A program made the position numbers and the translations under genes. The notes below the pieces were generated by a model. The model had not been told where the DNA came from and did not search any database. It was given only the letters and a program-made list of their open reading frames with translations. A stretch of DNA of 64,000 bases. It comes from an uncultured Clostridium sp. (GTDB taxonomy: Bacteria; Bacillota; Clostridia; TANB77; CAG-508). The stretch is taken from positions 2,342 through 66,341 of the forward strand of contig CAZQTH010000002.1 of assembly GCA_964596175.1 (NCBI GenBank), given 5' to 3'. Below are positions 26,278 to 37,259 of the stretch, in pieces; the stretch's first letter is position 1, and each line of letters begins with the position of its first letter.

Positions 26278-27140
26278 AAGGAGAAGATAATAAAAAATAT
26301 AAACCATATGAAAATAGTGGTATAGAAGAAGGAGATACAATTACAAAAGTAAATGATGTACAAATAAATTCAACAGATGATTTAGTAGAAACTGTAAATA
26401 TGTCAGAAGGAAAAGAAATAACATTAGAATATATACATGATGAAGAAACCAGAGAATGTAGTATAACCCCTGTAAAACAAGAAAATAATGAATACAAAAT
26501 AGGACTATGGGTAAGGGATAGTGCAGCAGGTGTTGGAACAATTACATTTTATGAGCCGTCAACTAGAACTTTTGGAGCATTAGGTCACGGAATATCAGAT
26601 ATAGATACAGGAGAACTAATAGATATAGCATCAGGGGAATTTGTAACAACAAGAATTTTAAGTATAACAAAAGGAGAAAAAGGAACGCCTGGAAAAATTC
26701 AAGGTACAATAGAAAATCAAGAAACAGTAGGATCAATTAGTAAAAATACTAGATTTGGAATATATGGAACAGTAGATAATTTATCAAGTTTAAATATAGA
26801 TACTTCAAAAGAAATGGAAGTTGCAACAAGAGATGAAATACAAGAAGGAAAAGCAACTATTCTTTGTAGTTTAGATAATGAAACACCTCAAGAATATGAA
26901 ATAGAAATAGAAAAGATATATAAGGATAATAATTATGATAACAAAAGTATGTTAATAAAAATAACAGATGAGGAATTGTTAGAAAAAACAGGAGGAATAA
27001 TTCAAGGAATGTCAGGATCTCCAATAATACAAAATGGAAAATTCATAGGAGCTGTTACACATGTATTAGTTGATAATCCAGAGGAAGGTTATGGAGTCTT
27101 TGCAGATATAATGATAAAACAATCAAGAGAAGTAAATTAA
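26265..27140 (+). CDS. spoIVB: SpoIVB PDZ and S55 serine peptidase segment
   Basis: 'GIEEGDTITKVNDVQI' (PDZ), 'GTITFYEPSTRTFGALGHGISD' and 'GGIIQGMSGSPIIQNGKFIGAVTHV' (catalytic His and Ser regions of peptidase S55). Confidence 0.9.
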   Translation: MSEIEGEDNKKYKPYENSGIEEGDTITKVNDVQINSTDDLVETVNMSEGKEITLEYIHDEETRECSITPVKQENNEYKIGLWVRDSAAGVGTITFYEPSTRTFGALGHGISDIDTGELIDIASGEFVTTRILSITKGEKGTPGKIQGTIENQETVGSISKNTRFGIYGTVDNLSSLNIDTSKEMEVATRDEIQEGKATILCSLDNETPQEYEIEIEKIYKDNNYDNKSMLIKITDEELLEKTGGIIQGMSGSPIIQNGKFIGAVTHVLVDNPEEGYGVFADIMIKQSREVN

Positions 27141-27164
27141 AAAACCACGTTTCTACGTGGTTTT
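27141..27164. terminator. Bidirectional hairpin terminator between spoIVB (+) and murC (-)
   Basis: AAAACCACGT-TTCT-ACGTGGTTTT. Confidence 0.7.
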
Positions 27165-28554
27165 AATCTACTAACATAGGACCAATTTCTGTTACAGTTC
27201 CTGCTCCTAAAGTGATTACAAGATCATCATTTTCAATGTTATCTTTAACATATTTTATACATTCATCAAAATCAGGAATGTATGTTGCATTTTTTCCCAA
27301 AGATTTAATTTTATTTACCAAGTCTTTTGAAGAAATATTATATGTGTTTTTTTCTCTTGCAGCATAAATATCTAAAACAACAATATGGTCAAAATTAATT
27401 AGAGCGTCTGCAAAGTCTTTTAATAAAGTTTTTGTTCTACTATAAGTATGTGGTTGGAAAATTACCCAAGACTTATTATATTTTTTATTAGATAATGAAT
27501 TATAAGTTGCCTTAATTTCTGTTGGGTGATGTGCATAATCATCATAAACACTAGAAGTTCCGTTTATTTTTCCTTTAAATTCAAATCTTCTATGTGCTCC
27601 TGTAAATCTTTCTAATGCAATTTGTATGTCTTTTCTGTCAATTCCATATTCAGTACATAAAGAAGTACAAGCTAAAGCATTTAAAACATTATGACGACCA
27701 GGAACAGAAAGTTTTAATTTTACATAGAATTCATTTTTATAATATACATCAAATTCTGGAAAACCATCATCATCAAAAATGATATTTCTAGCTAGAAAAT
27801 CAGAATTTGGATTATCTATTCCATATGTATAAACTTTTGCTACAGTATATTTTGGTAAATCCATACAATTTTTATCATCAGCATTTGTTACTAAAATACC
27901 ATTATTAGGTAAAAGTTTTACATATTTTATGAATGAATTTTTTATATTATCAAAAGTTTTAAAATAATCTAAATGGTCATTATCAATATTTAAAATAATT
28001 TCAGCTTTAGGGCTAAATTTCAAGAAGCTTTCAACATATTCACAAGCCTCTATGATAAAATGTTCACTGTTTCCAACTCTATAGTTTCCGTTTATAGGCT
28101 TTAATAAAGCACCTACTTGAATACTAGGATCTTTCAAAGCCTCTAAAAAGCAAAGAGAAACCATAGATGTTGTTGTTGTCTTTCCATGTGTACCTGAAAT
28201 ACAAATAGTATCTTCATAACAGCGAGTAATTTCACCTAAAAAATCAGCTCTTTCTATTGTTGGGATATTTAATTTTTTGGCTTCTAACATTTCTGGGTCA
28301 TCTTGTTTTATTGCAGCAGAATAAATCACAACATCAGAATTTCTAACATCTTCTATGCTATGACCAATAACAACTTTAATACCTTTTTTTAGTAATAATT
28401 GGACAGCTTCAGAATCAGAAGTATCAGCACCTGTAACATTAAAGCCCCAGTTTTGCAAAATAGCAGCTATACCGCTCATACTGATTCCACCAATTCCAAT
28501 CATATGTATATTTTTATATTTTTTTATATGTTTGATGTCTGGCATATTAAACAC
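27163..28554 (-). CDS. murC: UDP-N-acetylmuramate--L-alanine ligase
   Basis: 'IHMIGIGGISMSGIA', 'ISGTHGKTTTTSM', Mur ligase middle and C-terminal domains. Confidence 0.95.
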   Translation of the reverse strand: MFNMPDIKHIKKYKNIHMIGIGGISMSGIAAILQNWGFNVTGADTSDSEAVQLLLKKGIKVVIGHSIEDVRNSDVVIYSAAIKQDDPEMLEAKKLNIPTIERADFLGEITRCYEDTICISGTHGKTTTTSMVSLCFLEALKDPSIQVGALLKPINGNYRVGNSEHFIIEACEYVESFLKFSPKAEIILNIDNDHLDYFKTFDNIKNSFIKYVKLLPNNGILVTNADDKNCMDLPKYTVAKVYTYGIDNPNSDFLARNIIFDDDGFPEFDVYYKNEFYVKLKLSVPGRHNVLNALACTSLCTEYGIDRKDIQIALERFTGAHRRFEFKGKINGTSSVYDDYAHHPTEIKATYNSLSNKKYNKSWVIFQPHTYSRTKTLLKDFADALINFDHIVVLDIYAAREKNTYNISSKDLVNKIKSLGKNATYIPDFDECIKYVKDNIENDDLVITLGAGTVTEIGPMLVD

Positions 28555-28701
28555 TCCTCTACATGATATAGAATTATATAATTATCTTATTAAAATTTCA
28601 AGAGTTTACACAAAAATGTAATATATATTATTAAAAAAAATAAAAAAAGTTACAGCATTGAAAAAATTAAATTAATAAATTTTAAATTTTTGTAAAAAAA
28701 A

Positions 28702-28731
28702 GAAGGAAAAAGATTTTTTATGAAGAATAAT
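28702..28731 (+). promoter_or_regulatory. Candidate SigH-type promoter for spoVG
   Basis: AGGAAAA (28704..28710), 14 nt, GAAT (28725..28728). This matches the AGGAwww-N14-GAAT arrangement of SigH promoters. Confidence 0.45.
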
Positions 28732-28799
28732 ATAATTGTACATAAGATTAAATTGTATGTACAAAATTTTTAAAACTTAAGGAAGGCGGTGCACGCAAA

Positions 28800-29075
28800 A
28801 TGCAAATAACAGATGTACGTTTAAGAAAAGTAAATTCAGAGAACAGAATGAAAGCTGTTGCTTCTGTAACATTCGATAACGAATTCGTTATTCATGATAT
28901 TAAAGTTATCGAAAGTCAAAATGGATTATTTATAGCTATGCCAAGTAGAAAAACTCCAAACGGAGAATTCAAAGATATAGCTCATCCAATCAATGCTGAA
29001 ACTAGAGAGAAAATTCAAAAAGCTATTTTAGAAGCTTATGAAGCTCCAGAACAAACAGAAGAATCAGCAGAATAA
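28800..29075 (+). CDS. spoVG: Septation/sporulation regulator SpoVG
   Basis: '[11 protein letters not shown]...[21 protein letters not shown]...[11 protein letters not shown]'. Confidence 0.95.
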   Translation: MQITDVRLRKVNSENRMKAVASVTFDNEFVIHDIKVIESQNGLFIAMPSRKTPNGEFKDIAHPINAETREKIQKAILEAYEAPEQTEESAE

Positions 29076-29085
29076 TAAATAATTA

Positions 29086-29110
29086 CCACGTATAAAAACG
29101 TGGTTTTTTT
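29086..29110 (+). terminator. Rho-independent terminator after spoVG
   Basis: CCACGT-ATAAAA-ACGTGG followed by TTTTTTT. Confidence 0.75.
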
Positions 29111-29219
29111 ATGCTTTAATTAAAAGAATTAGTGATTTGTTAATATTGACAAAAAATGTATTTTATGATAAAAACTATAATTATAATTAGAAATTAAAAA
29201 AGTGGGAGTTGACTATTTT

Positions 29220-31661
29220 ATGGAGTATTCAAAAAAAGTAGATGGAAAATGGCAAAAAAAATGGAAAGAAGAAAATGTTTATAAATTTGATATAAATAAT
29301 GATAAAAAGAAACTTTACTGCTTAGAGATGTTCTCATATCCTTCAGGAGCTAAATTACACTTAGGACACTGGTTCAATTATGCACCAGCAGACTCTTTTA
29401 CAAGATTTAAGAAAATGCAAGGATATAATGTGTTTCATCCTATGGGATTTGATGCATTTGGACTTCCTGCTGAAAATTATGCAATAAAAACAGGAATACA
29501 TCCAGAAGAATCAACAAAGAAAAATATAAAAGCAATGAAACACCAATTAGAAGAAATGGGTGGAAGTTATGATTGGAATTATACTGTAGAAACATGTATG
29601 CCAGATTATTATAAATGGACTCAATGGATTTTTATACAATTATATAAAGCGGGATTAGCATATAAAAAAGAAGCACCTGTAAATTGGTGTGACAGTTGTA
29701 AGACTGTATTAGCAAATGAGCAAGTTATAAATGGAAAATGTGAAAGATGTGGGTCTGAAATTAAAAGAAGAAAATTAGCACAATGGTTTTTCAAAATTAC
29801 TGATTATGCTGAAGAATTATTACAAGATTTAGATAAATTAGATTGGCCAGAATCAACTAAAAAAGTTCAAGTAAATTGGATAGGAAAATCTGAAGGAACA
29901 GAAGTTGTATTTGATACTGTAACAGAAAAGAAAATAACAGTATTTACAACAAGACCAGATACATTAAATGGTGTAACTTATGTTGTTCTTGCACCTGAAA
30001 GTAAAATTGTTCAAGAAATTACAACAAAAGAATATAAAAAAGATGTAGAAAACTATATTGAAGAAGCTTCAAAATTAAGTGAAATAGAAAGGTTATCTAC
30101 AGAAAAAGAAAAAACAGGAGTTTTCACAGGTGCTTATGCAATAAATCCTATTAATAATGAAAAAGTTCCTATTTGGATAGCAGACTATGTACTTGAAGAT
30201 TATGGAACAGGAGCTATTATGGCTGTTCCTGCTCATGATGAAAGGGATTTTGAATTTGCTACAAAATATAATTTACCAATAAAACAGGTTATAAAGAAAG
30301 AAGATTCAGAAGAAGTAAAATTACCATATATAGAAAAAGGAATTTTAATAAATAGTGGAAAATATAATGGTATGTCATCTTTAGAAGCGAAAAAACAAAT
30401 TACAGAAGAATTAGCTTCAAAAGGTTTAGGTAAGAGTACAGTTAATTATAGATTAAAAGATTGGTTAGTTTCAAGACAAAGATATTGGGGAGCACCTATT
30501 CCAATCATATATTGTGATAAATGTGGGACAGTTCCAGTTCCAGAAAAGGATTTACCAGTATTGTTACCACATAATGTGGAATTCAAACCAGATGGAGAAT
30601 CACCATTAAAAAAATCTAAAGAATTTATAAATTGTACATGCCCTATATGTGGTGGAAAAGCTACTAGAGAAGCAGATACATTAGATACATTTGTGTGTTC
30701 TTCTTGGTATGAATTAAGATACCCAGATTGTAAAAATGATAAAGAAGCTTTTAATAAAGATATAGTAAATAAAATTAATCCTGTTGATATATATGTTGGA
30801 GGAAAAGAACATGCAGCAATGCATTTAATATATGCTAGATTTATGACAAAAGCTCTAAGAGATTTGGGATATTTGAATTTTGATGAACCTTTCAAAAAAT
30901 TAATACACCAGGGAATGATTTTAGGACCAGATGGAAATAAAATGAGTAAAAGTAAGGGAAATACAGTTTCACCAGAAGAATATATAGACGAATATGGTTC
31001 TGATGTATTTAGAATGTATATAATGTTTGGCTTTGATTATAGACAAGGTGGACCATGGAACGAAAAAGGAATCGAAGCAATGGTTAGATATTTTACTAGA
31101 ATTGAAAAGATAGTAGAAAATATTAACGGGTTGGAGAATATAGATATAGATAAAACAGAGGAAGAGGAAAAAGAATTACTTAGAGTAAAAAATCAAACAA
31201 TAAAAGCAATGACAGAAGATATTGAAGATTTTAGATTTAATACAGCAATTGCAAGAAGTATGGAATTGTCTAATAAAATAAATGATTATATGAAAAAGTC
31301 TGATATTAACAAAAAAATTATAACTGAAACAGTAGAAACATTAATTATTTTATTAGCTCCTTTAGCACCACATTTTGCAGAAGAACAATGGGAAAGATTA
31401 GGCAAAAAAGATTTTGTATATAATCAAGAATGGCCAAATGTTTCAAAAGATGAATTAAAAGGTGGAAACAAAGACATTCCAATTCAAGTAAATGGAAAAC
31501 TAAAATTTTGTGTTACTGTGAAAGCAGAACTTGATCAAAAAGAAATATTAGAAATAATAAAAAAAGATCCAAAAGTTATAAAAATTTATGAAAGCAATGA
31601 AGTATTAAAAGAAATATATGTACCAGGTAGAATTTATAATATAGTAACTAAAAAGAAATAA
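29220..31661 (+). CDS. leuS: Leucine--tRNA ligase
   Basis: '[12 protein letters not shown]' (HIGH), 'KMSKSKGN' (KMSKS), CP1 editing domain. ATG 29220 is preferred over the track start 29202, which overlaps the GTGGGAG SD. Confidence 0.95.
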   Translation: MEYSKKVDGKWQKKWKEENVYKFDINNDKKKLYCLEMFSYPSGAKLHLGHWFNYAPADSFTRFKKMQGYNVFHPMGFDAFGLPAENYAIKTGIHPEESTKKNIKAMKHQLEEMGGSYDWNYTVETCMPDYYKWTQWIFIQLYKAGLAYKKEAPVNWCDSCKTVLANEQVINGKCERCGSEIKRRKLAQWFFKITDYAEELLQDLDKLDWPESTKKVQVNWIGKSEGTEVVFDTVTEKKITVFTTRPDTLNGVTYVVLAPESKIVQEITTKEYKKDVENYIEEASKLSEIERLSTEKEKTGVFTGAYAINPINNEKVPIWIADYVLEDYGTGAIMAVPAHDERDFEFATKYNLPIKQVIKKEDSEEVKLPYIEKGILINSGKYNGMSSLEAKKQITEELASKGLGKSTVNYRLKDWLVSRQRYWGAPIPIIYCDKCGTVPVPEKDLPVLLPHNVEFKPDGESPLKKSKEFINCTCPICGGKATREADTLDTFVCSSWYELRYPDCKNDKEAFNKDIVNKINPVDIYVGGKEHAAMHLIYARFMTKALRDLGYLNFDEPFKKLIHQGMILGPDGNKMSKSKGNTVSPEEYIDEYGSDVFRMYIMFGFDYRQGGPWNEKGIEAMVRYFTRIEKIVENINGLENIDIDKTEEEEKELLRVKNQTIKAMTEDIEDFRFNTAIARSMELSNKINDYMKKSDINKKIITETVETLIILLAPLAPHFAEEQWERLGKKDFVYNQEWPNVSKDELKGGNKDIPIQVNGKLKFCVTVKAELDQKEILEIIKKDPKVIKIYESNEVLKEIYVPGRIYNIVTKKK

Positions 31662-31674
31662 AATAATTTTAAAT

Positions 31675-31708
31675 AGATATAAAGTTTTTACACTTATATC
31701 TATTTTTT
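31675..31708 (+). terminator. Terminator after leuS
   Basis: AGATATAA ... TTATATCT followed by ATTTTTT. Confidence 0.55.
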
Positions 31709-31718
31709 CTTGAAAAAC

Positions 31719-31747
31719 TTGAAAAAATCTAAAAAAAAAGGTAAAAT
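31719..31747 (+). promoter_or_regulatory. SigA-type promoter for pth
   Basis: -35 TTGAAA (31719..31724), 17-nt spacer, -10 TAAAAT (31742..31747). Shares AAAACTTGAAAAAAT with the hpf promoter. Confidence 0.45.
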
Positions 31748-31783
31748 ATATAAGTAAAAAATAAAGATTCTAGGAGAAAAAAT

Positions 31784-32335
31784 ATGTATTTAATAGTGGG
31801 ACTTGGAAATCCAGAAGAAGATTATAGTAATACAAGACATAATATGGGATTTGATACAATAAATAAAATTGCTAAAGAATATAATATAGAGGTAAATAAA
31901 AAGAAGTTTAAAGGTTTGTATGGAACTGGTTTTATAGAAGAAGAAAAAGTAATATTATTAAAACCACAAACTTTTATGAATTTAAGTGGAGAAAGTATAA
32001 AAGAGGTAGTTGATTTCTATAAAATAGAAAATGATAATATAATTATTATTTATGATGATATGGATATAGAATTAGGAACTATAAAAATAAGAAAAAAAGG
32101 TAATGCTGGATCACATAATGGTATGAAATCAGTAATTAAGTATTTGGGAATAGAATTTCCAAGAATAAGAATAGGAATAGGGAAGCCTGAAAATGAAGAT
32201 TTTATAAGATATGTAATTGGTTCAATACCAGAAGAAGAAAAAGAAATATTAGAAAAATCTACTACTACTGCAAAAGATGCAGTGGTAGAAATAATAAAGC
32301 AAGGCATAGATAATGCAATGAATAAATTTAATTAA
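31784..32335 (+). CDS. pth: Peptidyl-tRNA hydrolase
   Basis: 'LIVGLGNPEEDYSNTRHNMGF', 'LKPQTFMNLSGES', 'GSHNGMKS'. Confidence 0.95.
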   Translation: MYLIVGLGNPEEDYSNTRHNMGFDTINKIAKEYNIEVNKKKFKGLYGTGFIEEEKVILLKPQTFMNLSGESIKEVVDFYKIENDNIIIIYDDMDIELGTIKIRKKGNAGSHNGMKSVIKYLGIEFPRIRIGIGKPENEDFIRYVIGSIPEEEKEILEKSTTTAKDAVVEIIKQGIDNAMNKFN

Positions 32336-32349
32336 TAAGGATGGTAAAA

Positions 32350-33534
32350 ATGACAGAAATATTTATACGAAAAAATGAAGATAATAAGGAAATAGCTTTA
32401 GTTGAAAATGGAATATTAGTAGAGTATTATGAAGATAATAATGAACAAAAAAGAAGAGAGGGAAATATTTATATAGGGATAGTAAAAGATATAATAGAAG
32501 GAATGCAATCAGCGTTTGTAAATATTGGGTCAGAAAAAAATAGTTTTATACATTTAAAGGATGTAATGCCAAAAGTAGATGAAACAAAGGAAAAAGTGGA
32601 TACAAGTATAAATATAAAGGAAATATTAAAACCAAATCAAAAAATATTGGTACAAGTAAAAAAAGATAGCAATGAAAAAAAAGGGGCAAGAGTATCCACA
32701 CATATAAATCTACCTAGTAAATACATAGTTTTGATGCCAAATACGAGTATAGTTACAGTTTCACAAAAAATAGAAAATAAAGAAGAACAAGAAAGATTGA
32801 TAAAACTAGTAAAAGAAAATTTAAGTTCAAATAATGGAGCAATAATAAGAACATCAGCAAAAGGAAAAGGAAAAGAAATAATAGAAGATATAAAGAAAAT
32901 AGAAAATAAATGGAAAGAAATAATAGAAACAAATATAGATCCTAATAATGACAAACCAAAACTTCTATATGAAAGTGAAGGGATTTTAGAGAAAATATTA
33001 ATAGACTTAATAGACGGTAATATAAATAAAATTATAGTAAATGATGATGAAGAAAAAGAAAACATAGAGAAAATAATAAATGAAAATTTAGAATATAAAG
33101 AATTAAAGGTAGAAGTAAGAAAAAATGGGAATATTTTTGATAGATATGATATAGAAAAACAAATAGAAAAATCAAAAAATAGAAAAGTATGGCTTAAATG
33201 TGGAGGATTTATTACAATTGATAAAACAGAGGCACTAACAGCAATAGATATAAATACAGGCAAATATACGGGAAATAAAAACTTAGAGAAAACAATATTT
33301 AATGTAAATAAAGAAGCAACTATAGAGATTGCAAAACAGATAAGATTACGTGATACAGGTGGAATAATTATTATTGATTATATTGATATGGTAAATAATG
33401 AAAATAAAGATAAAATAGTAGAAATATTAAAGAAAGAATTAAAAAAGGATAGAACAAAGACACAAGTAGAAGGTTTTACAAAATTAGATTTAATGGAATT
33501 AACAAGAAAACATATTTGTAGCCATAAAGAATAA
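32350..33534 (+). CDS. rng: Rne/Rng-family ribonuclease (RNase G-like)
   Basis: S1 domain 'GNIYIGIVKDIIEGMQSAFVNIG', 'TAIDINTGKY', 'GGIIIIDYIDM'. ATG 32350 has better SD spacing than 32341. Confidence 0.85.
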   Translation: MTEIFIRKNEDNKEIALVENGILVEYYEDNNEQKRREGNIYIGIVKDIIEGMQSAFVNIGSEKNSFIHLKDVMPKVDETKEKVDTSINIKEILKPNQKILVQVKKDSNEKKGARVSTHINLPSKYIVLMPNTSIVTVSQKIENKEEQERLIKLVKENLSSNNGAIIRTSAKGKGKEIIEDIKKIENKWKEIIETNIDPNNDKPKLLYESEGILEKILIDLIDGNINKIIVNDDEEKENIEKIINENLEYKELKVEVRKNGNIFDRYDIEKQIEKSKNRKVWLKCGGFITIDKTEALTAIDINTGKYTGNKNLEKTIFNVNKEATIEIAKQIRLRDTGGIIIIDYIDMVNNENKDKIVEILKKELKKDRTKTQVEGFTKLDLMELTRKHICSHKE

Positions 33535-33548
33535 AAAGGAAGGTAGAA

Positions 33549-34916
33549 ATGAACGTAGGATTTATATCATTAGGATGTAGCAAAAATTTAATAGATACAG
33601 AAATGATGATTGGGAAATTTAAAGAACATAATTATAAAATTGTAAATGATGAAGAAAAAGCAGATATGATAATTATTAATACTTGTGGATTTATTGATTC
33701 TGCAAAAGAAGAAGCAATAAATACAATTTTAGAAATGGCAGAATATAAACAAAAAAGATGTAAGTATTTAATTGTAACGGGATGCTTGGTGCAAAGGTAT
33801 TATGACGAATTAGTAAAATTACTTCCAGAAGTAGATTTGTGTATAAAACTTGATGAATATGATATTTTTTGGAATAAAATAGATAATTTAGTGAAAAAAG
33901 ATATTGTTTTAAAGTCAAAAACAAAGAAGACAACTAAAATATCTCAAATACCAGAAATGCCTATGTTTACACAAGATGAGTATTTGAATAGAACAATAAC
34001 TACTGGAAAAAATTTTGCTTATTTAAAAATAGGAGAAGGTTGTAGTAATAAATGCACATATTGTGCAATTCCATATATAAGAGGACCATTTGTTAGTAGA
34101 AAAAAAGAAGATATAATAGAAGAAGCAGAAGAATTAGCTAAAAAAGGAATAAGAGAATTAATAATAATTGCACAAGATACTACTAAATATGGAATAGATA
34201 TTTATGGTGAAAGTAAGCTTGCAGAGTTAATAGAAGAAATAAGTAAAATAGATAGCATCAAGTGGATTAGATTTTTGTATAGTTATCCAGAAGGAATTAC
34301 AGACGAATTAATAGATGTGGTAGCTAAGAATTCTAAAATAGCAAAATATTTTGATATACCACTTCAACATATATCAGATAATGTTTTGAAAAGAATGAAT
34401 AGAAAAACAAATAAAAAACAAATAAGTGAACTAATTTCTAAAATAAGAAATAAAATTCCAGATGTAACATTAAGAACAAGTTTAATCGTTGGATTTCCAG
34501 GGGAGACAAAAGAAGAGTTTAATGAATTATTAGAGTTTGTAAAAACAGCTAAATTTGATAAATTAGGAGTCTTTAAATATTCTAAAGAAGATGGAACACC
34601 AGCTGCTAGACTTCCTGAACAAATACATGGTAATACTAAAACTTCAAGATATAATAAAATAATGGAAGAGCAACAAATTATATCAAAACAAAATTTAGAA
34701 GAAAAAATAGGAAAAGTCTATGAAGTATTAATAGAAAATATCTCATTTGATGGTAAATATTATATAGGAAGAACAATTGAAAATGTTCCAGATATAGATG
34801 GAGTTGTATATATAAAAAATGATGATAAATTAAATGAAAATGACTTGATTAATAAATTTGTAAGTTGTAAAATATTAGATGTAAATAGCTATGATTTGAT
34901 AGGTAAAATTATTTAG
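33549..34916 (+). CDS. rimO: Ribosomal protein S12 methylthiotransferase RimO (radical SAM, TRAM)
   Basis: 'FISLGCSKNLIDTE', 'CSNKCTYCAIP', C-terminal TRAM domain. Confidence 0.8.
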   Translation: MNVGFISLGCSKNLIDTEMMIGKFKEHNYKIVNDEEKADMIIINTCGFIDSAKEEAINTILEMAEYKQKRCKYLIVTGCLVQRYYDELVKLLPEVDLCIKLDEYDIFWNKIDNLVKKDIVLKSKTKKTTKISQIPEMPMFTQDEYLNRTITTGKNFAYLKIGEGCSNKCTYCAIPYIRGPFVSRKKEDIIEEAEELAKKGIRELIIIAQDTTKYGIDIYGESKLAELIEEISKIDSIKWIRFLYSYPEGITDELIDVVAKNSKIAKYFDIPLQHISDNVLKRMNRKTNKKQISELISKIRNKIPDVTLRTSLIVGFPGETKEEFNELLEFVKTAKFDKLGVFKYSKEDGTPAARLPEQIHGNTKTSRYNKIMEEQQIISKQNLEEKIGKVYEVLIENISFDGKYYIGRTIENVPDIDGVVYIKNDDKLNENDLINKFVSCKILDVNSYDLIGKII

Positions 34917-34927
34917 GAGATGATAAT

Positions 34928-36181
34928 ATGTTAGTTAATTTAGATGGTAATGATATTGCAATAACAGTTGTAAAAAGGCCTGGAGAAAATGATTTATACG
35001 AATACTATGTAGGAAATGAAAGAATAGGGGTATTAGATACAAAGGTGATGGAAGATAATATCTTAATGCTACAAAATACACTAGGTAATGAATTATCAAA
35101 TCAGATAAAAGATGTAATAGATAAATTACCAAGGGAAGAAATAGAGCAAGAAGGAGAATTGTCAACTGAAATTGATACATATATGAAAGAATTTGGAGAA
35201 GGAGAAGAAAGAGTAAAAAGTATAACAATAGTGGAATTAGATGAGACTGAAAGAGAAAATTTAGAAGACGAAGAAGAAAAGACAAGAGAAGAAGATGAAG
35301 AAGAAGATAAAACTTCAACAGTTAAAGATGTAAATATAAAACAATCTGTGGATTTAGATGAAAGAGCAAATGATATGCATGATGTAAGAAAATGGCTAGG
35401 ACTTCCACAAGATATTGATAAAATTGGTGTTATTGAATCATATCAAATGAATGACTTACAAGATGAAAAAGGTGAAAATTATTATAATGAATCTACTAGA
35501 TATTCACTTGTTGCAATAGGGAAGGATGGAAAAGTAGAACCTTTATCCAAATATATTCCGGAATTAGAGAGAAGAAATAGTGTTGGAAATATCCCAACCA
35601 GAGAAAGTTATCAAATAGATACAGAAGGAAGAGTTGAAAAAGATGCGGTTTTAAGTGAATATCAATTTGGGAAGAAGATTATACAAATAGATAATAAAGA
35701 AATGGGAAGGATAGAGGTAAACATAGGAGAAGAAGCAAGAAACTCTACAGAAGTAATGGGAGTACAATTAAGAGCAGAAAATACAACATTTGCAACAGAT
35801 ACAAGTACAAGAAGTGTGATTGGAGAATATGAAGCAAATGGAGAAGATACAGTAGAAATGAATATAGCAGAAGCAAAAAGACATCCAGATCCAAGTGAAG
35901 ATAAAATGGATGAAAGAGATATAGATGGTGACCCAACCACAAAATCACATACTCACATAGGAGATAAAGTTCGTTTAGCAGATGGTACAGAGATGACATT
36001 TAATGAACTTGCAATAAGATGGGGATTTTATAAAGGAGATGGAACACCTGATGTAGAATACGCAATGGAAAAATATCTAGAAAAGCAAGAAGAAAATATA
36101 GAAAAAAGTCCACAAGAAGTAGTGGAAGAATTAGATGAAGAATTTGAAGACCCAAGAGTAAAAAATCAAAGAGGAATGTAA
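34928..36181 (+). CDS. Hypothetical acidic protein
   Basis: 417-aa ORF with an AGGAG SD. Glu/Asp-rich central tract. No family recognised. Confidence 0.5.
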   Translation: MLVNLDGNDIAITVVKRPGENDLYEYYVGNERIGVLDTKVMEDNILMLQNTLGNELSNQIKDVIDKLPREEIEQEGELSTEIDTYMKEFGEGEERVKSITIVELDETERENLEDEEEKTREEDEEEDKTSTVKDVNIKQSVDLDERANDMHDVRKWLGLPQDIDKIGVIESYQMNDLQDEKGENYYNESTRYSLVAIGKDGKVEPLSKYIPELERRNSVGNIPTRESYQIDTEGRVEKDAVLSEYQFGKKIIQIDNKEMGRIEVNIGEEARNSTEVMGVQLRAENTTFATDTSTRSVIGEYEANGEDTVEMNIAEAKRHPDPSEDKMDERDIDGDPTTKSHTHIGDKVRLADGTEMTFNELAIRWGFYKGDGTPDVEYAMEKYLEKQEENIEKSPQEVVEELDEEFEDPRVKNQRGM

Positions 36182-36187
36182 AAAATG

Positions 36188-36210
36188 AAAAGGAGCAATT
36201 TGCTCCTTTT
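36188..36210. terminator. Bidirectional hairpin terminator
   Basis: AAAAGGAGCA-ATT-TGCTCCTTTT between convergent genes. Confidence 0.7.
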
Positions 36211-37078
36211 ATTGTGGTTCAACATGTACGACTGTTTTATATACATTATCTAATTTAGTAACAGAAACTTCTAATTCATCTGCTAAATGATGGCTTTCAA
36301 AAGTGGATATATTACCATCTACTCCAATTGTTATAAATACCAAATATCTGTCTCCTACAGGTGTAGAAACTATATCTTTTACATTTTGAATTTCTTTATA
36401 GTTGTGAGCTATTTCTAATATTAAATCTTTGGTTTTACTATCTATACTAATATCCATTAAGACATTGTAACTTTCAATAAAAATTGCAATTCCTGTATAA
36501 CATATCCATAAAGAGATACCAATACCTACAATTCCATCAAACCAGTATATATCAAAAAGAGTAAGTAATACAGAGATTAGTGTAAAAGTAGTTATAATAC
36601 AGTCGTTTCTGTGGTCTTTCATATTCGCTTCAAGTAAAATACTTGGATGTTTCTTGTTTACAGAGTGAGTATATAAATATAACGAGAATTTAGTTATTAT
36701 CGTGATTATACAAACTACAATTAAAAACCAAGAAAAAGAAAGTCTGTCTTCTGATACTAAACTTGTAATAGAATTAAATAGCAGTTTTGCAGCAACTAAT
36801 ATCATTGCAATACTAATAAACATAGAAAAGATGTATTCAGCTTTTCCATGTCCAAGATTATGATTCTCATCATTTGGAACACTGGCAATACGGTTTCCTA
36901 TAAACGTCATAAGAGACGCAAATATATCTCCAGCACTATTAAAACTATCAGCAATCATAGCTTGACTTCTACTTAAAAAACCAATACTTGCTTTTATGAT
37001 TAATAAAAATACATTTCCAGCCATGCCTAAAATTCCAGCTCTTTTTGTCACAATAAATTTTTCTTCGTGTTTATCCAT
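36209..37078 (-). CDS. Cation diffusion facilitator (CDF) family transporter
   Basis: Six-TM core with 'IADSFNSAGD' and 'NHNLGHGKAEY', plus a C-terminal cytoplasmic domain. ATG 'MDKHEE' (37078) is preferred because the upstream GTG overlaps the SD. Confidence 0.8.
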   Translation of the reverse strand: MDKHEEKFIVTKRAGILGMAGNVFLLIIKASIGFLSRSQAMIADSFNSAGDIFASLMTFIGNRIASVPNDENHNLGHGKAEYIFSMFISIAMILVAAKLLFNSITSLVSEDRLSFSWFLIVVCIITIITKFSLYLYTHSVNKKHPSILLEANMKDHRNDCIITTFTLISVLLTLFDIYWFDGIVGIGISLWICYTGIAIFIESYNVLMDISIDSKTKDLILEIAHNYKEIQNVKDIVSTPVGDRYLVFITIGVDGNISTFESHHLADELEVSVTKLDNVYKTVVHVEPQ

Positions 37079-37259
37079 AAATCTCACCACTCCTAATAAA
37101 TTTTATTGCTAAAATTATAATTAAAAAGCAATATCATTATAGCATATATAAAAAATGAAAGCTATATATGATTAAACTATAATCTTATAAAAATTTGCAA
37201 AAGAATATAATAAGTGTTATAATAAAAAAGTACAAAAGGGAAAATAAAGAGGTGAAAAA

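Noticed and set aside
29146-29174. SigA promoter for leuS (TTGACA at 29146 with TAAAAA 17 nt downstream)
   Set aside because: The -35 is perfect but the -10 lacks the invariant final T. Too weak to list.
29111-29219. T-box leader upstream of leuS (and of cysS at 53059..53080)
   Set aside because: The leaders are only about 110 nt and about 20 nt long. I found no specifier-loop, T-box (UGGNACC-like) or antiterminator/terminator arrangement.
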